DNA from: the human T2T-CHM13v2.0 reference genome, Homo sapiens
Reading direction: 5' to 3'
Length of the DNA stretch: 64,000 nt
Assembly: GCA_009914755.4 (NCBI GenBank)
Contig: CP068257.2
Coordinates: 25,696,001 to 25,760,000, forward strand
The notes under the pieces are model-generated. The model saw nothing but the letters and a program-made list of their open reading frames with translations, was not told where the DNA came from and did not search any database. The position numbers were made by a program, and so were the translations under genes. Below are positions 45,640 through 60,532 of this stretch, in pieces; the first letter of the stretch is position 1, and each line of letters starts with the position of its first letter.

Positions 45640-46540
45640 ATGTATTTTCATTGAACACTTAATTATAAGTTTTCACCCTGCTTCTGAGTTCACCTATTTT
45701 GAATTCCACATATAAGTGAGGTCATGTGGTATTTGTCTTTCTGTGCTTGGCTTATTTCACTTAACATAATGTCTTGCAGGTTCATCTATGTTGCCACACA
45801 CAGTAAGATTTCCTGTTTTTTAAAGGTTGAATAATATTCCATTGCATATGTGTACCACATTTTCTTTATGCATTTATCTGTTGATGAAGAACACAGCTTG
45901 ATTCCACACCTTGGCTTTTGTGAATAGTGCTGCAATAAAGGTGGGAGTGTAGATATCTCTTCAATATGCTGATTTAATTTCCTTTGGATACACTGTACAC
46001 CCATTAGTGGGATTACCGGATCATATAGCAGTTCTATTTTTAATCTTTTGAGAAACCTCCATACTGTTGTTCATAACAGCATTCTCAGAAAAAATGTACA
46101 AGGGTTCCCATTCCTCCACTTTCTCACCAACACTAATGTTTCATGGTTTTGATAGTAGCATTTTAACAGCTGTAAGGTGATATTTCTTTGTGGTTTTAAT
46201 ATGCATTTCTCCGAGGATTGGTGATGTTGACTTTTTTTTCATATGCTTGTTGGTCATCTGTATATCTTCTTTTGAGAAATGTCTATTCAGTTCTTTTGCC
46301 ACTTTTCTAATTGGGTTATTTTAATTCTCACTATTGAGGCATTTGAGTTCCTTACATTTTGGATATGAACCCTCATCAGATGTATGGCTTACAAATATTT
46401 TCTCCTATTCTCTGCATTGTCTCTTTGCTCTATTGACTGTTTCCTTTGCTGTCCAGATGTTTTTGGTTGATGGAATTCCATTTGTCTATTTTTATTTTTG
46501 TTGCCTATACCTTTGAGTTAGTCTTGTTTTTTAATATTTG
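45640..46540 (-). mobile_element. L1M segment in antisense orientation (mid-3'UTR back into ORF2); the inverted part of a putative twin-primed L1 insertion
   Basis: …ttttcaccctgcttctgagttcacctattttgaattccacatataagtgaggtcatgtggtatttgtctttctgtgcttggcttatttcacttaacataatgtcttgcaggttcatctatgttgccacacacagtaagatttcctgttttttaaaggttgaataatattccattgcatatgtgtaccacattttctttatgcatttatctgttgatgaagaacac…ggtgggagtgtagatatctcttcaatatgctgatttaatttcctttggatacactgtacacccattagtgggattaccggatcatatagcagttctatttttaatcttttgagaaacctccatactgttgttcataacagc…catatgcttgttggtcatctgtatatcttcttttgagaaatgtctattcagttcttttgccacttttctaattgggttat… is the reverse complement of the L1 ORF2/3'UTR. Confidence 0.85.
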
Positions 46541-46599
46541 CCCCTTCTAAGATTTGTGGAGAAAGAAATGTTGAATGTTTTCAGCATAAAGAAATGCTA

Positions 46600-46735
46600 A
46601 ATATTTGAGGTGATTAATAGGCTAATTACCCTGATTTGATCATTATACACTGTATACATGTATAGAAATATCACTCTGTACCATAAACATGTGTACAATT
46701 ATTATGTGACAACTAAAAATAAAGTAAAATACTTT
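46600..46735 (+). mobile_element. Last ~130 bp of an L1M 3'UTR in sense orientation, directly downstream of the inverted L1 segment
   Basis: ggtgattaataggctaattaccctgatttgatcattatacactgtatacatgtatagaaatatcactctgtaccataaacatgtgtacaattattatgtgacaactaaaaataaagtaaaatac matches the L1M terminus …ggtgatggatatgttaattagcttgattgtggtaatcatttcacaatgtatacatatatcaaaacatcacattgtacaccttaaatatatacaatttttatttgtcaattatacctcaataaagctg. Confidence 0.75.
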
Positions 46736-47768
46736 TAAAAGGTAAATTAATGATAATTATGGGTTTGACTATTTGAGGACTATTGAGGAAGAATGTCAGA
46801 GAGCCCTATGCTCTTATCACTTAATAGAAGAATTTTAAAACTTAGATGCTATAATAGATAGTTTAAAAATATCTAACAACTTTTAAAAACACAGACTATA
46901 ATGTTTTAATTAAATTTATATACTCAAAATTCTATTCCTCAGAATCTATATTATAGGAGTAAAGTAATTGTATGAAAAGATAAATGTTGGAAGATATTTA
47001 TTTTAGCATTGTTCATTGCGGCAAAACAATAAATAAAATGATTGCTCACTCATTTATAACAGGAATATTGAATAAATTTCAGCGCATTCTGAGCATGAAG
47101 CCATTTCAAAAGCATACATTAACACGATAGCAGTTGAATTATAGGCATTTCCATAATATATTATTGGCTGATAAATACAAGTTTCAGAAAAGTATAAAAA
47201 CATAATCTTGATTTGGTTTAATCATAAAAAATATGTTTTGTATTTTTTGTTGTTTTCTTACTAAAAATCTATTTGGAAATGTTAATAAAAATAGTATTAT
47301 GCTTGTGAGGGCATTTACATAGTCTAAAATGTATTATTTCCCTTGTCAAAACACATTTCTCAGTTTGATTTCATGGTTTGGGTTGGATAGTAATCAGTAA
47401 TTTCATGATGATCATTTTTAGCGTGATGATGTGAGATTCTAATACAGAGATAAGCCAATTTTCTTTGCTTGAAGTCCACTTTGTCCAAGATACATCGCTA
47501 ATCCAGCTTTATTTTGACTATTATTTGCATGAACATGATATACCTTTCTCCATCTGACAATCTGCCTTTCATTTGATATGTTTAACCGTTTATATTTAAT
47601 ATAATTATTAAAATGTTTGGATTTAAAACTGCCATTTTAATATTTATTTTATAATTGTTCCCTCTGTTATTTATTCCAGTTTTTCCCCTACTGTGTCCTC
47701 TTTTGTATCATTTAAACTTTACTTTTCATTCAGTTTTAATTTATTAATTGTGTATTCATTTATTTATT

Positions 47769-48044
47769 GTATATTTATTTATTTATTTTGAGGCAGAGTC
47801 TTGCTCTGTGGCCTTGGCTCACTGCAAGCTCCGCCTCCTGGGTTCACGCCATTCTCCTGCCTCAGCCTCCCTAGTAGCTGAGACTACAGGCACCGGCCAC
47901 CACGCCTGGCTAATTTTTTTGATTTTTTTAGTAGAGACGGGGTTTCACCTTGTTACCAGGATGGTCTCGATCTCCTGACCTTGTGATCCACCCGCCTTGG
48001 CCTCCCAAATTGCTGGGATTACAGGCGTGAGCCACCGGTCCGGC
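47769..48044 (-). mobile_element. AluY-like element with a ~25-bp internal deletion, inserted into the A-rich tail of the neighbouring Alu (TSD tgtrtatttatttattt)
   Basis: tatatttatttatttattttgaggcagagtcttgctctgtggccttggctcactgcaagctccgcctcctgggttcacgccattctcctgcctcagcctccctagtagctgagactacaggcaccggccaccacgcctggc…gtgagccaccggtccggc. Confidence 0.9.
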
Positions 48045-48347
<303 letters not shown>

Positions 48348-48534
48348 TTTTAATAATGTACTTTGTCTTTTTGTGGTTATTTTTAACATTTGTTTGAGGA
48401 ATTACAGTATATTACAGACAGCAAATTTATGTAGGTGTGCAGCAACCTCAATTCTTGCCTCCTCGGAAGAAAGAATTTGACTGAGGGACGTAAGGCAGAA
48501 AGAGAGCCCTACCCAAGTTTTAGAGCAGGAGTCA

Positions 48535-48729
<195 letters not shown>

Positions 48730-49539
48730 TCACATGCACAGTTTGACATTTTGACTTGGGGTTTTATATTTTGGCATGCTTCTGGGGTCTTGCCTTATTT
48801 CTCCCGATTCTTCCCTTGGGGTAAGCTGTCCGCATGTGCAGTGGCCTGCTAGCCCTTGGGAGGGGAGCATAGGAAGTGTGTTTACTGGAGTTGTGTACGT
48901 GCTCACTTGAGGCATTCCTCCCTGACCAGTCACATGTCCCTAGAAGGTCATATACCAGTTGAACTCTGCCATTTTGCCTCTTAATGTGCATGCTTGAGCC
49001 TACTCACCTGACTTCTGACATTGTATTGGGAAGCTGCTAATCACGTTTCAGGTTTTTTCTATCTATTGGGAGACGGCCGTTCCCTGGCGCCAGCTGCAGC
49101 CAATTATTATTTGAGAGAACCAGTGTAAATACCACCTGCCCATCATCTAATGGTTCCCTGACATTCCTGGTGGGGACACAGGGGTGCTTCTCTTGCCCTG
49201 CTCATGTCTAACTCCTACTATAACAAATATACATTATACTTATATTTGTAATGCCCAACTAAAATCAGTATTTCACCACTGCATGTGGAATTCAGAAAGC
49301 TTACCAGCCTTTGGGTCTCTATCCTCCTTTATTTTGAGTTGTCTTACGTATTACAACTACGTAGAACTAAAATACTATCAACAATGTTATAATTTTCTTT
49401 CCACTCTCAAACATGTTTTAAACACTCCAGAGGAAAATGATAGTCTATAACATTTACTCAATAGTACCATTTATGTTGCTCTACTTTCATTACTAACGTT
49501 TCAAATTTCCCTCTGGTATTCTGTCTAAAGGTCTTTGAA

Positions 49540-49840
<301 letters not shown>

Positions 49841-50780
49841 GTCCTTTAATGATTCTCTTTGTAAAGATCTGCTAGCAATTAATTTTCTTAATTTCATTAT
49901 TTAACTTTCATTTTTTAAAGATAGTTTCACTACATAGATAAAGTCTGGGTTGATAATCTTTCTTTTTAGAACTTAAAAATATTGCTCCCCCCCAGAAAGT
50001 AGGTAACTATGTAAAGTGATAGATACGTTAATTAAGTTGATTGTGGTCATCATTTCACAATGTGTATGGACATCAAAACATTATATATATCTTAAATGTA
50101 AACAATTTTTATTGTCAATTATAGCTCAATAAAGCTGGGAAAATATTGTTCCATTTCCTTCTGGTCTTGACATTTTCTAATGAGTAATCTGATACCATTC
50201 AAATATCTATTGTTTAGGACACAAATCAAAATTACTCAGAATTTGAAGAGCCAGGAAAATATCAACTTGAGTGGGAAAAGGCAATCAACATATGCCCTTT
50301 ATTGTGCAAAACTCGGGTAACAGGTAAACAAGATTAACAGGGACCGCTAGGATCAAGAAATGGAAGATGCCTCCCTACATACATCTGAGATGAATCCACA
50401 AAGATATCAATGTGAGTATGGGATGGCTTCCCATATAGTGATCAAGTAGATTGTCATATTTAAAAAAATTAAATAATTATTTTATGTTTGAAAAGGAAAG
50501 TTTATCAATTAAATTTATAAGTTTCCAATCTGTTAGACCTATGCTTTGATCACCTTTCATCAGAACTTGCCATCTACCATCTACCCAACTTAGGGTTGCT
50601 AATTAGCTAGGATAATTATCACACTCATGTCCTTATATGCAAACCTTTATTTTTCTTGGTCACTGAAGAAGAGTCTCAGTTTAGATATAGGTTTTCTGTG
50701 TAAGAAAATCTGTTTTACAGAAATGTAAATACATTTTCTCTCTTACTCTAATGCTTAAACCAAAATATGAGCATAATAAT

Positions 50781-50871
50781 ACTATAGTTATATAGTATTA
50801 TTAGTATATATAGTATATAGTATATATAGTTATATAGTATTATTATATAGTATTATAGTTATATAGTATTT
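50781..50871. repeat. Imperfect TA-rich repeat of (TATAG)/(TATTA) units
   Basis: tatagttatatagtattattagtatatatagtatatagtatatatagttatatagtattattatatagtattatagttatatagtatt. Confidence 0.85.
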
Positions 50872-52298
50872 ATTAACAAATAAAAATTTAATTGTAAAAC
50901 TGAGTACATTAATTTTGCTTCTTTAGTAATACACAGAAGGGGTCCTTAGTGAATAAGTTGTATTCCCAAGATAGCACAGCAAATTAATAATAGAGTCAAG
51001 TGGGAACCCTGGTTTTCTTTTTCAAGTATTAGTACAATACAGTGTTTAGAGGGTTCCAGAAGAGGAATATTCCTTCAGCATATTAGACACCCCTTAAGAT
51101 CAAATTGATACCAAATTGATTTTCAGAAATGTTCTACTTGCTGCATTGTGTTAAAAATAATCTTCAAAAGTAACAGTGGAAGATGTACGTATTTTGGGCC
51201 CACAGACTTCTGAGTTCAAATCAATCTTCTGTCCATTAGTAGCTAACAAGTACTTTATTTGAACTTGAAAATAGTGTAAGTTAAACTTATTCTTAATGAA
51301 GAATTTAGCTTGGAAGCTATCGCTATGTCTGACACATTTTCAGTAACCATTTATTTTCTGCCTTCTTTGGCTGAAATGTCATTTAATAAGATGCCTTTAT
51401 AATTTTAATAATCGTGTAGTCTAATTCACCAATTATATAATACAATTGTTTAAAAACCTATTTAAGAACAATTAATCTAAATAATTCCTATTTTATTATA
51501 TTTTAAATAAAATTTATATTCTGTTTAAAAATTTGCATATAGCTACCAATGATAATTACATTTAACATTTTTTGGCTATTGTATCCTAAAATTTTATAAG
51601 TTGATATCTCAAACACCAAGACTGATGACACAAAATAACTGTAATTTCCAGTTATTATCTCTAAAGGCGTGTCTACATTAGGCAGGATGTGGAAATGTTT
51701 GCTTAAAGGTGAGGAGCAGGTCTTAAAACAATAAAGCTGCAAGAGGAAAAGCTAAAATCCCTGACACAGCTCTTGAGAATGGGATGGTCAGGTCTGAAAG
51801 TGGGATCGGAAGCACCAGGTGAATTCACTGGCTTACTCAGTGTGTGAGAAAATGTGCCTCACCAGATTCTCTTGCTGATTCACATTTTCTGTATTAACAA
51901 TATTTTTTTTTCTGATTATGTGAACTACACAAATAGAAATCTGGTAGCTCAGATGTGTGAAATGAGTGACTGCTCATCATATTTGCTGTGATGGTTGAAA
52001 TTTATTTTTTCATTAGTCTGCTCATTATTACCAAAGAGAAAAGTGCATGCTTTGCTACACACAGCCACCGTCCATCTTGAGCTTATGCAGGGGAGGGCTC
52101 AGAGAGGAAGAAAGGGAGAAGAAAAACCTGAAAACAGGCTACACAGGGTCTGGGAAGAATGAGGGGGTTCAGGTTAAGCCAAGGAAGCCTGACTCTGTTC
52201 CAGGATGTGGCTACAACTACAAAACATAAACTTGCTTGTCTGCATGATTTTTTAGTCCCATCCACCTTCTCATACATTCTAAGAGCAGGAAGGTGTAG

Positions 52299-52631
<333 letters not shown>

Positions 52632-55615
52632 CATACTCTGTCATTTTTAATAGAGAATTAGGGCCTGATATTCCCTGAAGTTCCTATGAAAGTAAGTTAC
52701 TTGCTTTGGTTTTGTTTCTTTCCATAGGATGTCAGGGACAATGAGAGGACAAGCCCTGTTCTGGGTCAACCTATCATGTAGGACAGGATACTTTTCTCCC
52801 ACCTTCTTTGTTACAGGCACCCTGTGTCAGTCTCCACATCTAGCTCTATGTGCCCTCTCAGTCTCTGCTATGGCTCCTTGCTCTGGGAGAGACCACATAC
52901 CTCAAACTCAACATCATCTCTTACTTCCATCCACTCCACCACCTATCTATTGCATGTCAATAGACACATGGGGGAGGAGCATATTTCAGCTCAACTTACA
53001 AGCATTCAATTTCTCAGACACAGTGCTTATTCTGAGGGATGGATACCACTCTCGACACATGCTCTTCCCAGTACATGGTAGTTTTATATAAAAGTATAGA
53101 AGGGGCATACTTAAGAGAAAAATCAAACCAAACAAAAGAGACTTAAAAGACTTGAAAATAGCACAAGTCTTTTAAAGCCTCATTGAAGCAAATAACTACC
53201 ACTGAAATTTTAAAAGTCCCTGGGAAAAAAAGTCTAACCATGCCCAGGGCCAAGGTCTCTGTGCTCCGTTGGCTCCATCCACTCCTCACTTGTACCCTCA
53301 TGAGCAACCCCTGGACACCCAGCTGTGGCCTGTCTAAAGGGAAATGATCTCAGCAGTGCTGGGTTCTGCCCCTCCCTGCCTCAGCTGGTGATAGTGATCT
53401 TCTTTTTTCTTAGTTCTTCCACTTCTAGAAAACAACAATAAAAAATGGATTTACATTCTGATCAGTGTCTCAAAACTAGGTTCATTCTCCTGCCGCTTCT
53501 GGCTAGCTATATTGTTCCCAAATTAGTCAGCTATTCTCCATTTATACTAACTATGGTTTATGCATGTATAATGAATGCCTGTTAACATTGAATTTTTTTA
53601 TTTTAAAGAAAATAATTTTTAATTGAAATTAGTCTTTATTTTATTATATTACTGGCATATGAGACTTGATATGAAGATTTTTTTTTTTTAACTGGGAGTG
53701 CTTTCTGCTTGGTCAGCAGGAGAAACAAGAAGAATGGGTTTTTAGGGTCACTTAGGAAGACGTATTTTCTATTATCCTCTTTTTATGACAATCAGAGTTG
53801 TTCTGATGTTTCCAGTTTCTATATTTCTTTTTTTTTTTTTCTTCTTTCAGCATTTTGTTACCTGGAGGCCAGGTGATGAGATCTGAAATCATCTTATCTA
53901 AATCCAGCACACAGTTTATACCCACTGTACCTATCAAATTATTCAAAGGTCCCTTCTGATACATTGCAAAAATGGATACAACTTTTCCCTCCTTTTAGCT
54001 TCTTTCCTTGTGTAATGTGACTTTGAAGCTCTTACTATTATATCAAGAAATAAAATCTATTGTCTCTGGATTGGTCTTGTGACTGCTTTGGCCAATGGAA
54101 TACAACAACAAAGCTGTTGATATACACATTCCAACTCTAGGCCTCAAGAGCCTTGCCGAATTCCACCTGCTGTCCTGGGATCTCCGCCTTCCCCATAGAA
54201 CCAAGCGTGGGCTAGTCCCCTGGAGGATGAGATCTCACATAGTCCATAATCAAATGGGTCTCCTTCCTAGCCAGTAATACTGCAGACAAACGAGAGTTCC
54301 AGGTGAGACCAGGAGAAGTCCCTCCCTGAACCCAGTCCCTATGGCTGATGCACAAAATCATGAACTAAAAAATAGTGTTGTATTAAGCCAGTAAATTTTT
54401 TATGAGTTTGCTATGCTGTTAGATGTTTGTTTTCAGCCACTGTATTTTGTGGTAGTTATATATTATAAGGTAACTCATAATAATCCACACAATAAATTCC
54501 ATATATTTTGACATTATAATCAAGGCCTCTCTAGGTTTATATTTGCAGTCTCAATCCTGGTACTTTTCCCTTTGAAATACACTCTCAATTCATATACTTC
54601 ACATGTTTTCTTCATGTGATGCTGTTTTCTGTGACTCTGTATTTCCATATTTTATATGTATTGTGCCTTCTTACCACAATACCCTCACCTATCTGTTCTC
54701 GTGAACTCATACATTTTCTCCAGACCTTGTTCTAATATTATTGATTTCATAAAGATTTTTCCAACTCTTCCAAAAGATGGAAGTCCTTGACTGTCTGTTT
54801 CTACAATAATTCTCATGTGTCTTTCATGTATGGCATTTATCATGACACTGCATTTTCTCCTGTCTCCAGCACCTAGCACAGTAGTAGACATAGCTGCAGT
54901 AGCTTCAACCACTAGTCACAACAATCTGCTGTCTACTCTCCAACCCCACCTCCACGGGAAGAACACACCTCCCCCCTGTAGCCAGTACCACTGTGTCAGT
55001 TTCAACCTAGGTCTTACGAAATGTGGTGCTTCTTCTCACCCTTGTAGGTGCTTCCAATCACCATTATTGAGTTCTTTCAGAAAAGCTCATATCAAATAAA
55101 TCAAAGGGAAAAAGAGCTGCTAGAGCTTATGTGCTAAAGTGTGAGCAAGAAATTAATATCAAGTGTCATTGTTTCACTATATGTAGAAACAACTAACTGA
55201 GGAAATAGCTAAACTGATATTTGAGGGACAAACAAACTTAAGAGTTTGTGTGGTATCTTAAGATATTCTAAGGAGAAAGAAATTGAATCAAAACCTGGGA
55301 CATTTTGGTTGAAAACAAATTAGTTTTCTTAAAACATATTAAATAGTCTTTATGTCCTCAAAGGAACAGCCAACAATAAATATATTTCACTTCTTTAAAT
55401 TTGAACTCATTTTCATCAGTCTTTGTCAGAGATTTGTCTTTGAGCACATCTAGCTTGACTGAAAGTTATGTGTTGTTAAATTAATTTTTACCATAGTTTA
55501 AATGGACGCTAAGTACTCTCAAATGTTAAGGTTATATCTCTGATGGCATACAGCCCATGACAATATGAGAGAATGAAATATATTTTAAAAGGCATGACAT
55601 TGCTTCTCCTTTTAT

Positions 55616-55786
55616 GGGATGGAATTGGCATATTAAATGAAAATGCTGCTATCCTACAGCATTTTTTGTTAAACCTTTTTGATGAAAATATTTTTCTTGG
55701 AGAAAGGAGATAGTTATGTTTTAGTGAATTTCAGTATGAGGAAGCAAATTTTAAATGTCCTACTAAAACATCCTTTTATATATTAA
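55616..55786. repeat. Copy 1 of a ~165-bp dispersed direct duplication (copy 2 at 56687-56845, ~85-88% identical)
   Basis: gggatggaattggcatattaaatgaaaatgctgctatcctacagcattttttgttaaacctttttgatgaaaatatttttcttggagaaaggagatagttatgttttagtgaatttcagtatgaggaagcaaattttaaatgtcctactaaaacatccttttatatattaac vs gggatggagttggcacattacgtgaaaatgctgccatcctacagcatttttgttaaaccttttttgatgaaaatatttttcttggagagaggagataggtatgctttagtgagctgcagtaataaggaaaaaactttaagtatctttttatatattaac. Confidence 0.85.
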
Positions 55787-55899
55787 CCCCAATTTCTAAA
55801 GTAACATATGTTCAAGGTAAAAACATTTTGAGAATACTGAAATGTATAAGCTATAAGGTGAAATCCCATGATTTGGTACCCTAGAGCAAGTACAATTCA

Positions 55900-56296
<397 letters not shown>

Positions 56297-56686
56297 TCCT
56301 TACTCTTCCATAATATTAGATTAGGGATAGACATGCTAATACGTTTTGTTCTCCCTTATAAGAGTAGTGAGTATACAATTATTACCAAAATAAAGTTCAA
56401 GTATAAAATGATTGTATTAGATTTCTAATGGAAAAAGTACATAGTATGCTTTGATTTTAATTCCAAATAAACTCAAAAAGGGAAGATGATTTGCATTTTT
56501 CTACAGAAAATATGTGTAATACACATAATTCTGTGATGCTGCTTTATGACCTATTAATTTAAAAATGTAAGTGTAAACAGTTGGCTTGTTTCAGAAATAC
56601 AAGTGAGATTTTCCGTTAGCTCTTTCACTTTATGAGTTGTGGTTTAATATGATTACCGCACTGTAAACATCTGAGCTTACACGACA

Positions 56687-56845
56687 GGGATGGAGTTGGC
56701 ACATTACGTGAAAATGCTGCCATCCTACAGCATTTTTGTTAAACCTTTTTTGATGAAAATATTTTTCTTGGAGAGAGGAGATAGGTATGCTTTAGTGAGC
56801 TGCAGTAATAAGGAAAAAACTTTAAGTATCTTTTTATATATTAAC
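56687..56845. repeat. Copy 2 of the ~165-bp dispersed direct duplication
   Basis: See copy 1; same orientation, 1.07 kb downstream. Confidence 0.85.
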
Positions 56846-57604
56846 AACTTAGAATGTTCCAAGTGAAATGTACATTTTTTCATTTATGTCTAAGTTTATA
56901 TGACAGCAGAATTTCAGTACTTAGATATATATTTTTTCTGAGCCATTCAAGGAAAATATGAAACTTAATTTTTTTCCTTTGGCAAGTTATCTGGTCCATG
57001 CCAAAGGGTTTCCAACTGCAGAACCATGACTTGTTATTTGTTATGCAAGACTAAATGTGACTTCCTTGCTGCTTCGAAATTTATTCAGTCAAAGTTTCTT
57101 ATGATCTACATGAACCATACAGAGAAGACAACCTACACTCCTTCAGGCAATTCATTCAATTCATCAAGAGAGAGAAATAAGGAGATTTAAATAAAGACTC
57201 TAGTGTAAATAATAACTACTATCATAAATAAGTTAATAGACTTTAAGCAAAAGTTAACATTTTACTTAGAGAGTGAAAGAAAATAGGCCATAAGATGGTC
57301 TGTGGAAGGTAAAAATAAACCAATTTTACTGACAGAACTATGGAATATTGATGTATTCATTGCTCTAAATGTGTCAGTTAATTCTCAGGAAGAAAGAACT
57401 AAGAAAAACTCAGGAAAACTATTTATAGCTCCAGATACCTATGTACTGATGGAAGAAAAATCTGAGTAATAAATCTAGTGAACAGGAACTTGAAAAGTGA
57501 ACACAATAAAAGTATTTTGAAGGTATTAAATTATTATTAGGAGTCAGAATATAGGTGTTACTAACTCATTAAATCTTAAAAGTCTATTAGGTAGGCATAC
57601 TATA

Positions 57605-57730
57605 TAGTGGCAGAGTGTTTAACTCTTTTGCACAAAATCACACCGTTGGTAAGAGGCAAAGTTGGGATTCATATCCAGGCCAGCTGGCGTGACTCTCATC
57701 TCAAAATTTTGACTCTCATCTCAAAATTTC
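57605..57730 (+). mobile_element. MIR-like SINE fragment (low confidence) ending in a 20-bp two-copy tandem duplication
   Basis: …ggcaaagttgggattcatatccaggccagctggcgtgactc… resembles the MIR core agctgggattcgaacccaggcagtctgactcc; followed by gactctcatctcaaaatttt gactctcatctcaaaatttc (57691-57730). Confidence 0.4.
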
Positions 57731-60510
57731 ACTTTAGTACCTACTTACTTATTCAAGAAGGTAACTGAGATCTCAAATGAACACTAGAATATCTGGGTAG
57801 TCCTGACCCATGAAACATACCATCTTCACAGATTCATTCCATTCAGTGGGTTCAAACATCCATTCTATCTATTTCATTTTCAGAGGAAAACATATGCCAT
57901 CCATGAAAGGTGTTAGTTAGAGAGAGGAACACACAGGCATGCAGCGATTTGCAAACAGCCTGTAATTTAGAGATTGAATTCTAGGTTTGATATTTATCCA
58001 GGCAGATGATTTTTTTAATTTGAAAAATGCCCATCCTTGCCATCTAAGCCACAAAGTAAGCTTATAATTATGAATGCTTTCAATTTCAGAAGCTGACGAA
58101 GGAACTTAACGAGTAGAATATGAAAATGAAAGCTTATCATGTGTTCAAAAGAAGCAAATCTAATTGAAATGAGGGGAGTTAGAATTATATCTTCAAAATA
58201 TGCATGGGGATACAGCATATGAGCATAGCAGAGAAATTTTTATAAGATAAAATACAAAATTTAGGAGAACTTTATTTTTAGGAGAACTTTAAAAATATAT
58301 ATTTTTTATCATCCACAGCAAACGTCATCGTAATGAAGAGATCCCATCCTTCATGGTCACACTCACAGCAATATTTCATCTACTCCTCTCTCCTTCATCT
58401 GTTGTCTGTCTTTTCCGTGACTTTTCCTTCAACCTTCCTGTTTTTGAATGCATTTTGATGTTATCATATAGCATAATAGCTCTATGTCTCCTTCACTCTA
58501 TATAAAGCTCTTCAGCAACGGGAAATTTGTCATGTTTATCATTATGCTCTTAATACTTAGCACAGTATCTGGAGCTCAACAAACATTTTTAAAGAGATTG
58601 CCTTATTGTAAGTAACAATGGGTATGTTGATCTATAATATGTTTTCTAGTGATGAAATTATTTAATTGCAGCTACCTAGAGTATTAAGAGAACTCATATA
58701 ATTCATTTGTGTGGAAAATATGCAATGATGATAATGATGATATATTTAATTCTCATAGTTTGAACAGTACATCTCCATCTTCTGTGGCAATAGATCATGA
58801 CGAAAGCATAGACTGAGTTTTTCATGGCCCAACAGGATGCAAAAGACAGACAATCAAACAAGCATTGAAGCCAAGCAGGATGGGAAATAAAATAAGAGAA
58901 TCAAAAAGGTCTTATTTGGCATAATCATTACTTCAGTAGAATTTAGGAAGAACTGAGGTGGGATATTATTGGAAATCAAGTATTCTTATGAGGCAATTGT
59001 AATTGATCCTGATTTAAGAGTTCGGATGGCTAAACAAGAAGTGTAACTAAGGAAAAATCAAAGACCAAATCCCAGAAGCAGAGAATGTTAAAGGATAAAA
59101 TTTAAAAAATCTAGAAAAGCCTGCTGACACATGATTTTGAATAATGGAATTCCAGGAGTTAGAGATTGGGACAATTGGCATAGTTATTTTAGATATTTGG
59201 AGGACAATAAAGAAAGATCCAGGGTTCACAACCAAAGGGAATATTTACTAAACAGGTAAGAGACCACTATGAATGTCGCTTTTGTTATAAACAAGTTTTT
59301 TAAATGACGTGATTTTAGCTTTGGAAACATAAACTTGTCAATAGCATTCAGGATGGATTCGAGGAAAAGCAAATACTGAATATGAAGAGGCCAGAGGTGA
59401 TAGTTCTTGAAAATAATTAAAAGAACCTGAACTTTGGTATGCCTGAATTTTGGCACAGAGAATTACAAAGAAGAGAGAGATAATTAAGAATATTTGGGGA
59501 GTAACCAAAAGTACATTTTATAAGGCCATAAAAGCATTTACCCCAGATGATGCTATAATTAGAGATAGCATACAATGAACCTATGTTGTACTTAACAAGG
59601 TGTGATAATTAGAAAAGAGAGAGGCAAAATTAACCATACTCTCAAGGAAAAGCTTTATAAAACAATGAATATTTAGCTGTCTTGAAGGAAACACAAAACA
59701 TAGATAGGTAAAGAGAATATGTGGAAGAATTTCCACATAAGGAGTCAAAGCATGGGCCAGTGTTCTAGAATCAATAGTTACTCATTCTGATTTTAAGCTG
59801 GCATGGTAGGATCCAGACTGATTGAAACTACATTAATACAGAGTAGTTGTAGGGGGAAAAAGTTGGGATAGATAAATGTTTCAGACATTATTAATCTGGA
59901 AACTACATAGATATACTTAAATGTAAAATGAACAGCATAAGGGAGGTTTGTAAGCTCTGAAACAAACAAGCAAATTAAAAAAAGACATTAGAAATCATTC
60001 TTATAAGAGTATCAGTGAAGAATTGGACTTAGGTTTCATGGCAGATTAAGGTTCCATTAGGAGGCAATTAGAAGACAATGGTATTGATTCGCTAAAGATG
60101 AAAAGACAAATGCAAGAAAAATACTGTCTTGGTGTCTTTTGACAGAGATAGGAGCAGGATTACCCGAAGATAGCCAAGTTAGCTGGGGGTGGTAAGCAAG
60201 CATGCAAGCAGATAAAGCACTTTGGAAGAGCAACTAGGTGAGTGCGCACATATTCCATTTGTGATGGTGAAAGAATATCCTATTTGTGTAAAGATCTTTT
60301 AAGCAGATAGAAATGAAAACTGAAACCTTAGTAAGTATTTGAGGCTAGAGAGTTAGGTTAGATAAGATAGTCCAACTTACTTGAGTGGGTGATTTTCATA
60401 AAAAGGAGGGAGTGGACAAAGACTAAAAGATCAAGAATGGATACTTGGAAGGCCATTACTACTATAGGTCAGGAAGAAGAAAAACCAACCAAGAAATTAA
60501 GTGATGATGA

Positions 60511-60532
60511 TAATGATGATGATGTCATAATA
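60511..60532. repeat. Short (GAT)n microsatellite
   Basis: tgatgatgataatgatgatgatg. Confidence 0.85.
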
